From the NCBI GenBank assembly GCA_037379345.1, contig CM074512.1:21204001-21268000 (forward strand): a stretch of DNA of 64,000 bases. Direction: 5' to 3'. How positions within the stretch are numbered: the first letter of the stretch is position 1; each line of letters opens with the position of its first letter. A program made the position numbers and the translations under genes. The notes under the pieces are model-generated. The model made no database searches. It saw nothing but the letters and a program-made list of their open reading frames with translations, and had not been told where the DNA came from. Below are positions 53,801 to 64,000 of this stretch, in pieces. Source of the stretch: Perna viridis (Eukaryota).

Positions 53801-55487
53801 TAAAACATTTATGCAATGTTATTACATATCAAAGTTTGCATGTACATGTAAACTACAGGTATAAAAATTAAAAATTTCCAGTAGAATAGAGTTTCTTAAA
53901 CAACTATCTTAGAGCAAAGTAAGACCTTATTTGGCAGTACAGGGTACCAGACACACTGCATGTGTCAAAATACTTCCATTATAAAAACAGGCTCAAACTT
54001 ACCAGCTTCACTATATCTCCAACACCTTTCCTACTTTGTATGTTATCTTCTATCTGCTGTAAATTGTTTTTATTACACAGGTAATCCCAATCAAAATTTG
54101 GTTTGTTTATATTCAGTAATGATTCCCTTACATCACATGTATTTCCTTCTTTCAAAGTTTGATTCCTTTTCTGGAATATTCTACAAAAAATGTAATGCAA
54201 TAAAACAAAAATCTCAAACTCTTACACTAAGTACGATAATAACAGAGAAGTTTAAAAGTACAAACCTATAACAAAATGTTGTGATAAAAGCAAAAAATTG
54301 TATCTATAGCTTGCATTAATTTATGCATATTTTTTGCATATTTTTTGTTACATTTTTTTTTTCGCAAGAAGAAAAATGCATCTCTTAAGAATGTCACATG
54401 AAAATGGATGCAGCGAAGACTTAACCATAATTCTTTTGTAAACAGTAAAATATTGATAGGTTGTAACCATAGCTACAGCAACTGTTCAACTTTCAAGCAT
54501 GGTAAACAACATAATTCAAAATATACTGCATTCTAAGGTCACAATTCTGGCCAAAGCTGGCTTCAATCATCACTGTTGTTTCAGAAAAAGACTTTTTTTT
54601 AGAAAAATTACCACAACAACAACAAAAGACAATGAGTAATAATAAGTGATAACATTTTAACTTGTATATACTTTGTTGGAATTACCTTATTGGCATGACT
54701 TAAACCAATATATTAAAGCATGGAAAATGCTTAGTTTTAATTTTGTTTTACTTTACATAAATTCAAAATTATTTCAGCATAGTTTTTGCAATAGGGTATG
54801 TAAGTCTTGTCATGTGACCCCGTGATTTTACAAGAATGGGTCCTTGCCTACCATTCAAAGGCATAGAGATTTGTCATTCAGAGAGCGCTGAGTTCAGTGT
54901 TTAGGGCAAAAATCTTTCTGTGTAAAAAATACCGATAAAAATGACAAATAACTATTTCTACATAACAAACAGAGTAAGAAAAAACATAAACTAGAAGATT
55001 TTGCATTGTTATACAGCGTTTTGAGTACCCGGAAATAAACAATAAAATGCAGATTGGTTTCGGTTTTCAATACGTTCTACATCGGAAATTCCAGTAAAGA
55101 AAATGAAACTAGAACGAGACTTACATACCCTATTAAATCCAACAAGTCTACAATGTGCTATCAATGTTGATGTGCCCCCTTTTCAGCTGTAAAGTACAGT
55201 AAATTTCAAATTCAATCATTCAAACAAAATTTAACAGAATTTTATATTGTTTCTGTCACATCCATACATGCATATATCTTAAATTAAAAGATCAGGAGAA
55301 TTTATGGATTAGAACTACATTGCTTACACATATATTGACATTTGCAAACTCATTTAATACTATGATAGCAAAATAAATATTACCTCTGACTGTATGTTGA
55401 ATAAGATATCTTCCTATTGATGACAGATTGTTTCAGCTGGAAACATCTACAGACCATGTGTGTCAATTTTAAACTTTGGACTGCCAT
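32716..55487 (-). CDS. SARS2: Seryl-tRNA synthetase, mitochondrial (~462 aa), 15 coding exons: 55384-55487, 54003-54180, 53681-53716, 53266-53343, 52094-52148, 51526-51589, 50469-50622, 49087-49186, 47920-47965, 47281-47368, 41752-41861, 39429-39522, 35837-35926, 34523-34588, 32716-32841
   Basis: Exons total 1389 nt in one frame with GT-AG junctions. Motifs: [11 protein letters not shown] (TxE), [21 protein letters not shown] (motif 2), [42 protein letters not shown] (motif 3). The N-terminus is basic and lacks acidic residues, like a mitochondrial presequence. Confidence 0.93.
32915..34410 (+). mobile_element. Non-autonomous element containing a tandem array of ~8 diverged ~160-170-bp units, in the last SARS2 intron
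   Basis: Starts aacaagaggctcccagaagcc...gctcacatgg; aaggg(c)aataactc recurs at ~33126, 33283, 33452, 33533, 33703, 33825, 33989, 34142. Confidence 0.8.
34523..34588 (-). CDS. SARS2: SARS2 exon 14 (motif 3: [22 protein letters not shown])
   Basis: ttgtag / gtgag. Confidence 0.93.
35837..35926 (-). CDS. SARS2: SARS2 exon 13 ([30 protein letters not shown])
   Basis: tatag / gtaaat. Confidence 0.93.
39429..39522 (-). CDS. SARS2: SARS2 exon 12 ([31 protein letters not shown])
   Basis: tttcag / gtaaat. Confidence 0.93.
40724..40863. mobile_element. MITE-like inverted repeat (~43-bp arms)
   Basis: gataaacagaatattaggcaatt...ggcttt / aaagcctgtatcaagaaacaaatgccttatattctgtattatc. Confidence 0.65.
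41752..41861 (-). CDS. SARS2: SARS2 exon 11 (VEMFGVT...[12 protein letters not shown])
   Basis: attag / gtac. Confidence 0.92.
44086..44153. repeat. Perfect ~30-bp tandem duplication
   Basis: acattttgatttctgactatacatgtatgt x2. Confidence 0.9.
47281..47368 (-). CDS. SARS2: SARS2 exon 10 (motif 2: [29 protein letters not shown])
   Basis: aag acceptor / gtgagt. Confidence 0.92.
47920..47965 (-). CDS. SARS2: SARS2 exon 9 ([14 protein letters not shown])
   Basis: tgcag / gtaagt. Confidence 0.88.
48183..48916. repeat. G/T-rich minisatellite, 34-bp unit (two related 17-mers), ~21 copies, in SARS2 intron 8
   Basis: GGTGTTTGGTTTAGATG-GGTATTTGATTAAGGCA. Confidence 0.97.
49087..49186 (-). CDS. SARS2: SARS2 exon 8 (EGCGF...[12 protein letters not shown])
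   Basis: ttttag / gtat. Confidence 0.92.
49778..49900. repeat. ~36-39 bp tandem repeat, resuming at ~50165-50240 after an inserted repeat fragment
   Basis: aagtcaaccataaataccacttggaaaacattgtataa. Confidence 0.75.
50469..50622 (-). CDS. SARS2: SARS2 exon 7 (motif 1: [16 protein letters not shown]...VSVPDII)
   Basis: ttacag / gtaagt. Confidence 0.9.
51145..51295. mobile_element. MITE-like element with ~21-bp terminal inverted repeats
   Basis: aataataggataattaattgg ... ccaattgattatcctatttatt. Confidence 0.6.
51526..51589 (-). CDS. SARS2: SARS2 exon 6 ([20 protein letters not shown])
   Basis: ttttcag / gtaag. Confidence 0.85.
52094..52148 (-). CDS. SARS2: SARS2 exon 5 ([18 protein letters not shown])
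   Basis: P.GDE motif; ccag / gtttg. Confidence 0.85.
52690..53284. repeat. 49-bp minisatellite (~12 units) overlapping the 3' end and donor site of SARS2 exon 4
   Basis: Unit gaacttactgttacaggtgaacttctgacatcacaggtatgcactgata; spacing 52870/52919/52968. Confidence 0.93.
53266..53343 (-). CDS. SARS2: SARS2 exon 4 ([26 protein letters not shown])
   Basis: IPN motif; tag / gtaagt. Confidence 0.85.
53681..53716 (-). CDS. SARS2: SARS2 exon 3, 36 nt ([12 protein letters not shown])
   Basis: ttttcag / gtaagt, phase 0. Confidence 0.7.
54003..54180 (-). CDS. SARS2: SARS2 exon 2 (...[34 protein letters not shown])
   Basis: ttgtag / gtaagt. Confidence 0.85.
54794..55130. mobile_element. MITE with TIRs GGGTATGTAAGTCT, flanked by TA
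   Basis: ta|gggtatgtaagtctt ... gagacttacataccc|ta. Confidence 0.75.
55384..55487 (-). CDS. SARS2: SARS2 coding exon 1 (presequence-like [34 protein letters not shown])
   Basis: ATG 55487; ag|gtaat; phase 2 fits exon 2. Confidence 0.7.
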
Positions 55488-58400
55488 TATCTGCAATACG
55501 TTTATAGTGCATTTGTGAATAGTTCATTTTAATTATTGTATGAATGTTATACTCCCTGAGTGGGCAAGTTTTTAACTGGGATTGCCTATCAGTTATTAGT
55601 GTTCCCTTGCTAGATATTAATTACTGAACTTAAAAATAGTGTTTATTATATATAATGTGTTAAAATGATACATATGACATTTATACTCATTTGAGTAAAC
55701 CTATAATATAAATAGGAAACCCACTTTTTTGTTTGTTTCAATAATACATATCTAGAAAAGAAACATTGGTGATTTGACAAATTATCACCAATAAAAGTTA
55801 GGCCATCCAAGGGAAAGAAGCTAAAAAACAAAAATGGGGGAATATATGTTCTCAACTGTGTGATAATACATGTACTAACTTAACTTATAGTTAAGGGGGG
55901 GGGGGCGTATATAAGAGAAGTCAATTGTAATAATCGCCATCAGTGTGAGACCCGACAGGTTAGTCAAGGACGTTAAAAAAAAACCCTTAGTAGTTGTAAT
56001 AATCACACTCTTCTGTAGACGTACTTCCAAGACAGTTACAATGGGGGAAGCTCCCAGACCCATGTGGGGTCAGAGCGTCTACACAGCAGTTCAGCCGCTG
56101 GTAGGACATACTCTGACCAAGTTCTTCAGTCAGGTATTCAAAAGGCTGGGCTCTGCTCCCAACACTAGTTGGTTCTCCTAACAACTAACATCGCCCGTGA
56201 TGGATCTGTATGGGTATTCAAGGTCATTAAAAACTCCCAGTCATCATTGTAATAATCTATATAGAACAATGCCATTGCTATTTGGCTGGTTATTAGCCAA
56301 TTTTCTCAAATTTCTCTGTTGAAAATAGAGTAAATTTGCTGAGGGTGTGTGTAAAAAAATTGGATGGATTTTGATGAGTGATGTCCCAAATGAGAGATAA
56401 AATATTGGAGAATGGCAACATACAGCAGAAAAATCTGCTGAATGGCAATGGGTATTTTTAATAAGAGTGCTTTGAATAACAATAAAATAATTGACTCAAT
56501 GAATGTACTGGTCTTGAGAAAGAAATATTAAAGTTTTCATTTTCCTAAACTATACCCCAGTAAGCTGTTAATCATTGTGTGTTTCTGTTTGTTGAATCAT
56601 ATGAATTTATTATCAATTAAAAGATTAAAGAAACTTCTTTATAGTGATATAATTTTTATTACGTAATAATGAGTTTGAACTAGAGGCTCTAGAGAGCTTG
56701 AGTCACTCACCTGGTCAAAAATAGTCTTTATAGCTTTCTAAAGCTGGACTCTTGACCTTACCGTACTATTTTCACGAGAATCATTTAATGAATACAGAGC
56801 ATCTTAGTTATCCACCAAGTTTTTATATTATAAAACAAATCTCTAATTTTCATTTTTTCTCTACAATGGCAATAACCCCAACACAGAGCAACAGATCTTT
56901 ATGAAAATTTCAGCAAACATGTAGGTCAGACTAACCATGCTGAACAATTCCCCCCTTAGAAAATTAGGCTAAACCCTTAAGTTTTAAAGTTATTTCAAGA
57001 AGTAGTCAATTTTTATTGTATAATAATATCATAGTGGTGGCCATGTTTTGACAGATAAAAAAATTATTAAGGATATCCTAACAAACATTCATACAATGTT
57101 TAGTTACAAGCCATCCTAGAAGTTGTTTAGGAGGAGTTTTTAAAAAAATCCATTTCAGCCCCAATAACTCATTCATTTGTCAATGGATCTTTCTGAAAAT
57201 TTCGGCATTAACGTACATGTAGGTAATCCCATAATGCTGAACAATTTTAATCCCTGCCAGATTTTAGCTAAACCCAAATGTTTTTGATTTGTTTGCATAA
57301 TTCTTCAATTTGATGCCCTAAGGTCTATTTTTAGTAATGGTGGCCATGTTTTTTTGCCAGATCAAAAATCTCCACACAAGGATTGTTAAAAATACTCTAA
57401 GGAACATTCATGCAGTTTGGTTACAATCTATTGAGTAGTTTCAGAGGAGAAGATGTTTGAAAAAGTTTTTTCATCATAACTTTGTCATTATCAATCTGTC
57501 AATTTTAAAACTTATTTAACTAAAATCCTGAATAGTTTCTCTTCCCTCTGGTATGCATATGTCAAATGTAAATCTTATAGGTTTTGAGTTTAAACAGTAT
57601 AAAGAACGGGGAGGTAGTTATTTTTACACATTATTTAGACTTTGTTAGGAGTGACCAGCCCACTTAATACAAAGTCCCTGTTATGGCTCACTATAGGGAG
57701 GTGACTAAGGCAGATAGATATTAGCCCACTAGCCTTCCAAGATCATGGAGATGAACTACTATAGTGAATTACAAGTGAAGGCTATGAAAATCAGTTCACA
57801 ATGATTTCATTGCTTGGGAATAAATACAATATCAAACATGAAAAATACACTATATACTGTTCATTTATTCATTTACATTAGAGCATAGACCAGTAATTAA
57901 TTATAGGTATCTGCTTAACGACATGATGTAGAACACGTTAAACCACAGTCTGTATATCCACTGTGGACTGATCTCTGTCTTAGCTGGTTGCAAACGATGC
58001 ACGTAACCCCAAATGTATAGGATCTCCCTTTACGTGTTTATTTACTAGTCAGCCTAGATATTTGATAGTTTGTTCATGGCAATGTGAGTTATCATATATT
58101 TTAAAGACACGATACTTGACATGGACAACGTACAACAATGTTTAAAAGTGCAGAAATCAACACTTTCACGTAGTAAATTTTAAGGGGAGACAAATCAACC
58201 TGTACAGATAAAAGATAAAAATATTAAAAAAAAAAATATAAAATAATTTGAGTAACGCCGAAGAGTCAGCAACTCATTTTTATGACAGATTTTAAAAGGT
58301 AAAATGAAAGCAATTATATATTGTACAACTGTCGTTTTCGTGCTTCATTTAACCTCTGATCCAGTGTATCGAACTTCCATCCATATCGTACTTCTACCAG

Positions 58401-59523
58401 TAATGCAGTATGCTCATTAAATTTGTAATGGTACATTGATATCGATTTCTACCCCGTAATTAACACATGTTTATGCATAACTATTGTATAATTATTTGTA
58501 TGTATACCTATATTTTGTAAATTGTATTATGCGCATATACATGTAGGTCTTAATCAATTACTGTAATTGTGTTTGAAACCAATAAAATATTTAGTATTTA
58601 AATATTTATTTATCCCGTTTGGATGTGACCACCATCAATTAATCCTATAGAAACATAATTTGAAATTTATAAAATAAACATGTATATAGATATCTTGTTG
58701 AATTCGTATAACTAAAGGAATTGATGATGCTGATTATTTTCAGACTTTATTGATTTTTACAGATAGGTTTCCATTAGCAGTTACATGTATGTGACATTTT
58801 TTTTATTTGGATGTTTACTGGCCTAGGAGTAGAACTCGCTGGCAAGTAATTCTGACAAACCAATTTTTCATCCTCTCCAGTGAAGCAAGTTCATGCCCAA
58901 AATTTAAGACAAAACATCTAACAGATTGCTGATATTTTTCTTTCAAAAATTAGCAATCATACAACAATTTTTGTTTAGGAAAAATATTTTTGTGAGCAGG
59001 TTGGCAAGAATTGCTTCTGTCTTGAAAATGGGGAGATCTACTATGTGACCTGTATACAAAATATGAAATATTTATAATAAATGGTTATTACACAATCTTG
59101 TCACATTTATAAACAATAATTGTTATAACTATATTAGACAACATAAAATTAATTAAGATTTATAGAATACTACAGAAAATATTTATTACCTCAAACACAT
59201 TTACATTAAATAGTTATGGCATATAATATAAAGAATTACAAAGCAACATATTAACACACGTTGGATAACCACACATATGAATATTTTCATGAGCATGATG
59301 TGACAGTGGTTTAACTTTTACAGAATTATTTATACATTTATTCTGATTTCCTAACATATTTTCATAAAGTTATACAGTGAAGGGTACGTTTGGGCAGTAG
59401 TGACGTAAATAGATATAATTACAGTTAACCAGTATTATCAACATATTAAACTTACAATTTCCTGAACTTTTTCTTCCTTGACAATGACATCACAGTAATT
59501 TGACATTTTAGTGGTGAAAAAGT

Positions 59524-59756
59524 GAAAGAGTAATCAAGGGAACCAAGGTTATAGTGGTAATCAAAAGAATGTAATCCAGGGACAAAGACCAGACATGGAA
59601 AACAGACATTCACAAAAAAGAACATAAAGTAACTAAAATCATACATACAAAGTAACAAAAATAAATGAGCAACTCGGACTCCACTAAAAACTGGGAGCAT
59701 GGACCAGGTGCACCGATAGGGCAAGCGTCCTCTGCTTTTCTAGAAACACCCGCCGA
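59524..59756 (-). mobile_element. Penelope-like element 3'-end fragment (copy 3, 233 bp, non-coding)
   Basis: Near-identical to 29972-30203 and 21480-21711; same 3' end ...GATTACTCTTTC. Confidence 0.9.
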
Positions 59757-60262
59757 AAAATCATAAGTGTATATATGTATGGTTTTTCTTTATTTTTTCA
59801 CTTTGTTACCACTAAAACATCAAATTACTGTGCTGAAATCTACCGATATATTATGTGACAGCTTTAAGAGTTATTAAAGAAGTACTGTTCAAAAGAAAAG
59901 GCATTTTATTTTGATTGACTTAAGTTGGAGATAAATGTAGGGTTTCCTGCAAAATACAGATCTGTGTAAAAAAAAGCTGTGTAGCTACCAGAGTTCCCTC
60001 AATAGTATGAGGATTAGATGGTCTGGCACATAGTTGGTTTGACAAGTCAATGGTCCAACAGGTGGATGGTCGGACAGGTCCATAGTCCGACATGGAGGTG
60101 ATATTGAATGTTGTGGTGATAACATAGTAAATTACTTCATTGATTGGTATATTCATTATTCAACAAATCATTCGAATCCTTGATTAAATATAAAATATTG
60201 TAAATTTAAGCATCCTGGGAGATCTTCATCGATGCAATAGGTTGTATAAGGTTTGCCTATAT

Positions 60263-60433
60263 CACAGGGACTTGAGGTCATGAGTAAGGTCCATTAAATG
60301 GGCAAAAATTGTACTAAAATGCTGTCAAGTGTATAGCTGTGGATAGTAAAATGTAAAAAAAATCGTTATAACAGCATTTTAGAACAATGTTTGCCCATTT
60401 AATGGATCTAACTCATGACCTCAAGTCCCTGTG
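60263..60433. mobile_element. MITE-like hairpin, ~63-bp inverted arms
   Basis: cacagggacttgaggtcatgagtaaggtccattaaatgggcaaa...gctgt / acagc...tttgcccatttaatggatctaactcatgacctcaagtccctgtg. Confidence 0.8.
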
Positions 60434-61318
60434 GGTGTGACAGGGCAAATATCAAGGTCTAAGTAACTACCATAAAAAAACCCACTTACCAAACATGAGA
60501 TCACCTGACATTAAACCAAGAGTGAGCTTTTGTCATAATTTTGCACTAGTCCATCAGTTCCTAAACAGTTTTTTTCTTCATTTTCTAAAGGATTATTTAT
60601 ATGATATGTTTTACCAAGTTTGAAGGTAATATCTTTGGTTTTGGTACCCTTTCAACAATATATGACTGCTATGTATGAATAAATGATGTAGATAAATAGA
60701 ATAAAAAATGAATAAAAATTCAGCTATTATAAATGGTGTCCAAAGTTATAAAAAAAGGTGTGAATACAGGACTTTGAATCAAGTTAGGAGTGTGTATCCT
60801 TGAAAAATGGTCCTTGAACCTAGGTCTTATAAATAACACTAAGTTAAAATTTAATTTTGAAGAAAGATAATATCCTACAGGAGTGCTGGGAATGCCCTGT
60901 CTATATCTGCGTTAGCTGACTGCTCACTGATTTCATCAAATTGGGTTTAGTAGTTTTCTTTGGATATGTGCTTTAAAGATGTGTGACAGATAACCATTCA
61001 TGAAAAAAAGACAATATGTCTCACCATTGAGAAGACATACACTGTACATGTAGTTATATGCCTGAACAGAACACCTTTTGTTATTATATCATTATATAGT
61101 CTGTGGATGGAGGTACAATTTTTTCTTTTTCTTTCCTTTCAATATAATTTACTAGAACTGTTGGACTATCAAATTTTTGAACTATCAAACTGTTGGACCA
61201 TCTACATGTAAATATAACATACTGTTTTTTTTTCACCTTGTATCACCTTTGCTAATGGCATCTTCTGAATTTTATATGGATTGGCACTTTATTAAGTTGT
61301 AATTTTGTTATAGGAAAA

Positions 61319-61645
61319 ATGGCATCTCCTCCGAATATTCAACAATTGCCTCTTCATCCAACTCAACAGCCAGTGGAAAGTGGAAACCCATCAGCTGCAT
61401 TAACTGTTACACTAACATCATCACCATCAACCTTAAGTCTTTCTAGCCCAGAAGGTATTGACTGTTATGGTAATGAGAGACAAGTACTCACAAAGCAGAC
61501 CAAATTTTTCAACAATGAAGCTTTAAGTGACATCATTTTAACAGTTGGTGGAAACAAATGGTTTGCCCATAAATTTATCCTGGTACAGTGTAGTGATGTA
61601 TTTGAGAGAATGCTAAGTGAAGATTGGAGCCACAATGAAAAGAAG
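61319..61645 (+). CDS. BTBD17-like coding exon 1
   Basis: ATG 61319; donor at 61646. Confidence 0.88.
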
Positions 61646-63899
61646 GTAAATTTGTAATTTTAGTAAAGTTATTGATTATTTACATGTTCAAGTTCTGCAT
61701 TCATTTTTAATGTGACCACCAAAAAAAATGGGGTCATGTAATGGTATGGCACTGTGCTTGTCATCCATAACACTTATGTCCCTGACCTTTTTGAAATTAG
61801 GTGTGAAAAAAAAACAAGCATTTCATAGAATTTAACTGCATGTTTATTATAACTCCAGAAATTTATGCTATTGATCCACAATATTCTTTACCGCAAAGGT
61901 TGTTTTGATGGGTTATGGCTCGAACAGTTAGGAATCAGAGGCCAAAAAAGAGCCAGATATAAGCATTAACCTGATGTCTTGACGGAAACTTGGCTACTAG
62001 TGATTGAAGAAATTGTACCACAAGGTGCCTTACCACAAAGAGAAGGCTGGAATTAATTTTGGGGGTTATGACTTGATTCAGTAATGAATTAAGGGTGAAA
62101 AAGGAACCAGAAGCAGTCATTTTCTTGGTGTCTTGATGATACATTTTTTGTACCTTTGTTGAAAAGGGATGGATTTCTTTGAAATTGTACCACAAGATGC
62201 CATGTTTCCAAAGGAAGGTTTGGATTTATTGTGGGAGTTGTAACTTGACCCATCTAAGAGCTATGGGCCAAAAAGTGGTCACTTAAAAGATTTTGAAAAA
62301 AATTCTTATCCTCTGCCATACATGTATGTCTGATCCCATCCAAAATTCAAAGCTATATCAAGCTTGAATGGTATGTCCATACTTGCCCCAACTGTTCCAA
62401 GTTGAACATCTGCAGTCATTTTAAGCTGTGCCTTGGGAAGCATTTCATTAGGCATTAGACTGAACAATGGAATATAAACCTGTTAGTCAATCGGACAGGT
62501 AAGCAATGATTGTTTTAGGATACTTTAACAGTTTAGATTTATGACAAGTTCATACAATTAACAGACATTAAAAGACTTGTTTGGACTAAAAGTAAAGAGT
62601 GGAAATACAGCATTGTCTATCTTACCTAGATATTACGTATGCCCTATAAGTTTATAATATAGTTTACTGAGCTGCCCTCATTTCTATAGTTCCTGCACCA
62701 ATTTTGTAGCAATGGTACTGGTGCTGAAAGTAGTATACATGTATATGATTGATTGTGAATCACAGCTAATTTGACCAATGACACAAACTCGTTTCCTAAT
62801 ATTCCAGGAAGTTGAATTGGTAGAAGACAGTGAATGTGTTGAGGTATTTCCAAGATTCCTCCAGTTTCTCTACAGTTGTCATATTAAACTGAACATGGAT
62901 AATACATTATCTGTCCTTATATTGGCAGACAAATACAATGTCACAAGTCTCAGGCAAGTCTGTACTAACTTTGCCTGTTCTTTCATTATTCCAAAGCTAC
63001 AGCTTAAAGATGTGTTCCATCAATGGTTCCAGTATGGAACAAAATGCTATCATAAACAGCTAGTCACATCATGTATCAATGTTTTGGCGGAGAAAATGGA
63101 TGAAGTAATTGGCTCTGTTGAATGGGAGCAAGAATGGTTGAATCTGGATAGGGACCAGTTGGTTGAGTTCCTCCAGAGTTCAGATCTTGTTGTTAAAGAT
63201 GAATATGAGTTATGGGTTGCTGCTGTTAAATGGCTGATGTCACCTCAACATCATTCTCGTTTGGAAGATCTTGTAAAAAATTTGGAAGAAATCGTCAAAC
63301 ATATAAGATTTCCTATGATGGCTCCTCAGCAGTTATGTGACATAGAAAAATCAGATATTGTACATAAGCATCCTGATGTTTTCCAGAAGCCATTTTTACT
63401 GGCTTACAAGTTTCATGCTCTGACACTAACTGGTCGAGCTCAGGAAAAGTGTTTCACATCATCAGTTTGTCTTCTAAGGAACTACACAGATTTGAGATGG
63501 GATAAAAGGTTTGTTATCCAATACCCATCATGTCAGAGATATAATGAAATTAGTGAAAGATTTTCTACTAGGGCATCATCTTTGCCTGCTCAGGTTTGGG
63601 ACTGGGAACTTAAAGTCTTTCCAAAAGGTTTTAGTTCCAATGCTGATGACTTCCGGTGCATTCTCTATTCAAACTTGATTCTCGACCAACCAAGACCAAT
63701 TGAGTACTTATTGTCAATTGTTGGCAAGGATGAGATTATTCATTCTGTTTATGGGAAAAAGAGTTTCTCAAAGACCCGCTACACAGCGGATACAGAGATG
63801 GACAAGAAAGTCAGTGTAGCTGAGCTTGCTGATTCCAACTCGCCATATCTTGTTGATGATAAACTCATTCTTCAGATATCACTAAAACCTGTAGATTAA
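61319..63899 (+). CDS. BTB/POZ-BACK protein with C-terminal beta-sandwich (MATH-like) region, BTBD17-like, ~472 aa; exons 61319-61645 and 62808-63899
   Basis: LSDIILTVGGNKWFAHKFILVQCSDVFERML|EVELVED..FPRFLQFLYS..LILADKYNV (BTB); WLNLDRDQLVEFLQSSDLVVKDEYELW..IRFPMM (BACK); WELKVFPKG..YLVDDKLILQISL. Phase-0 intron, aag|gtaa...ccag. Confidence 0.9.
62808..63899 (+). CDS. BTBD17-like coding exon 2
   Basis: ttccag acceptor; open to TAA 63899. Confidence 0.92.
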   Translation, partial: EVELVEDSECVEVFPRFLQFLYSCHIKLNMDNTLSVLILADKYNVTSLRQVCTNFACSFIIPKLQLKDVFHQWFQYGTKCYHKQLVTSCINVLAEKMDEVIGSVEWEQEWLNLDRDQLVEFLQSSDLVVKDEYELWVAAVKWLMSPQHHSRLEDLVKNLEEIVKHIRFPMMAPQQLCDIEKSDIVHKHPDVFQKPFLLAYKFHALTLTGRAQEKCFTSSVCLLRNYTDLRWDKRFVIQYPSCQRYNEISERFSTRASSLPAQVWDWELKVFPKGFSSNADDFRCILYSNLILDQPRPIEYLLSIVGKDEIIHSVYGKKSFSKTRYTADTEMDKKVSVAELADSNSPYLVDDKLILQISLKPVD

Positions 63900-64000
63900 A
63901 CCAGATGCCTTGTGAGCAGGATTCATTTTCTTCACTTGGCCCCATGCCAGCTGAAAAATCCACAAATTGATGTACATCTGTCTCGGTAATGTCAGAAAAA

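Noticed and set aside
32716-55487. SLIMP (inactive SerRS paralogue) or cytosolic SARS1
   Set aside because: Motifs 2, 3 and TxE are intact; [15 protein letters not shown] and the presequence-like N-terminus are of the mitochondrial/bacterial type.

Overview
AT-rich, intron-rich animal genomic DNA; the repeat style suggests a bivalve such as Mytilus (inference). I reconstructed four spliced protein-coding genes by hand with GT-AG junctions and consistent phases. (1) The last three exons of an AREL1-like HECT E3 ligase (+, 176-2353). (2) A complete 8-exon, ~667-aa protein with two cyclic-nucleotide-binding domains, CNBD2/CRIS-like (-, 12763-23947). (3) A complete 15-exon, ~462-aa mitochondrial seryl-tRNA synthetase SARS2 (-, 32716-55487). 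(4) A 2-exon, ~472-aa BTB-BACK protein, BTBD17-like (+, 61319-63899), divergent from SARS2. The rest is repeats: three copies of one Penelope-like (Naiad-type) retroelement family, older RT relics, MITEs, satellite-carrying non-autonomous elements and minisatellites. The most notable observations are: a ~100-nt multi-helix RNA motif in the 3' end of all three Penelope-like copies; two inverted 1.6-kb copies that share a premature stop and nearly the same 5' breakpoint and bracket the first exon of the CNBD gene; and a 49-bp minisatellite that has amplified a SARS2 exon end with its GTAAGT splice donor. No tRNA, rRNA or CRISPR array was supported.
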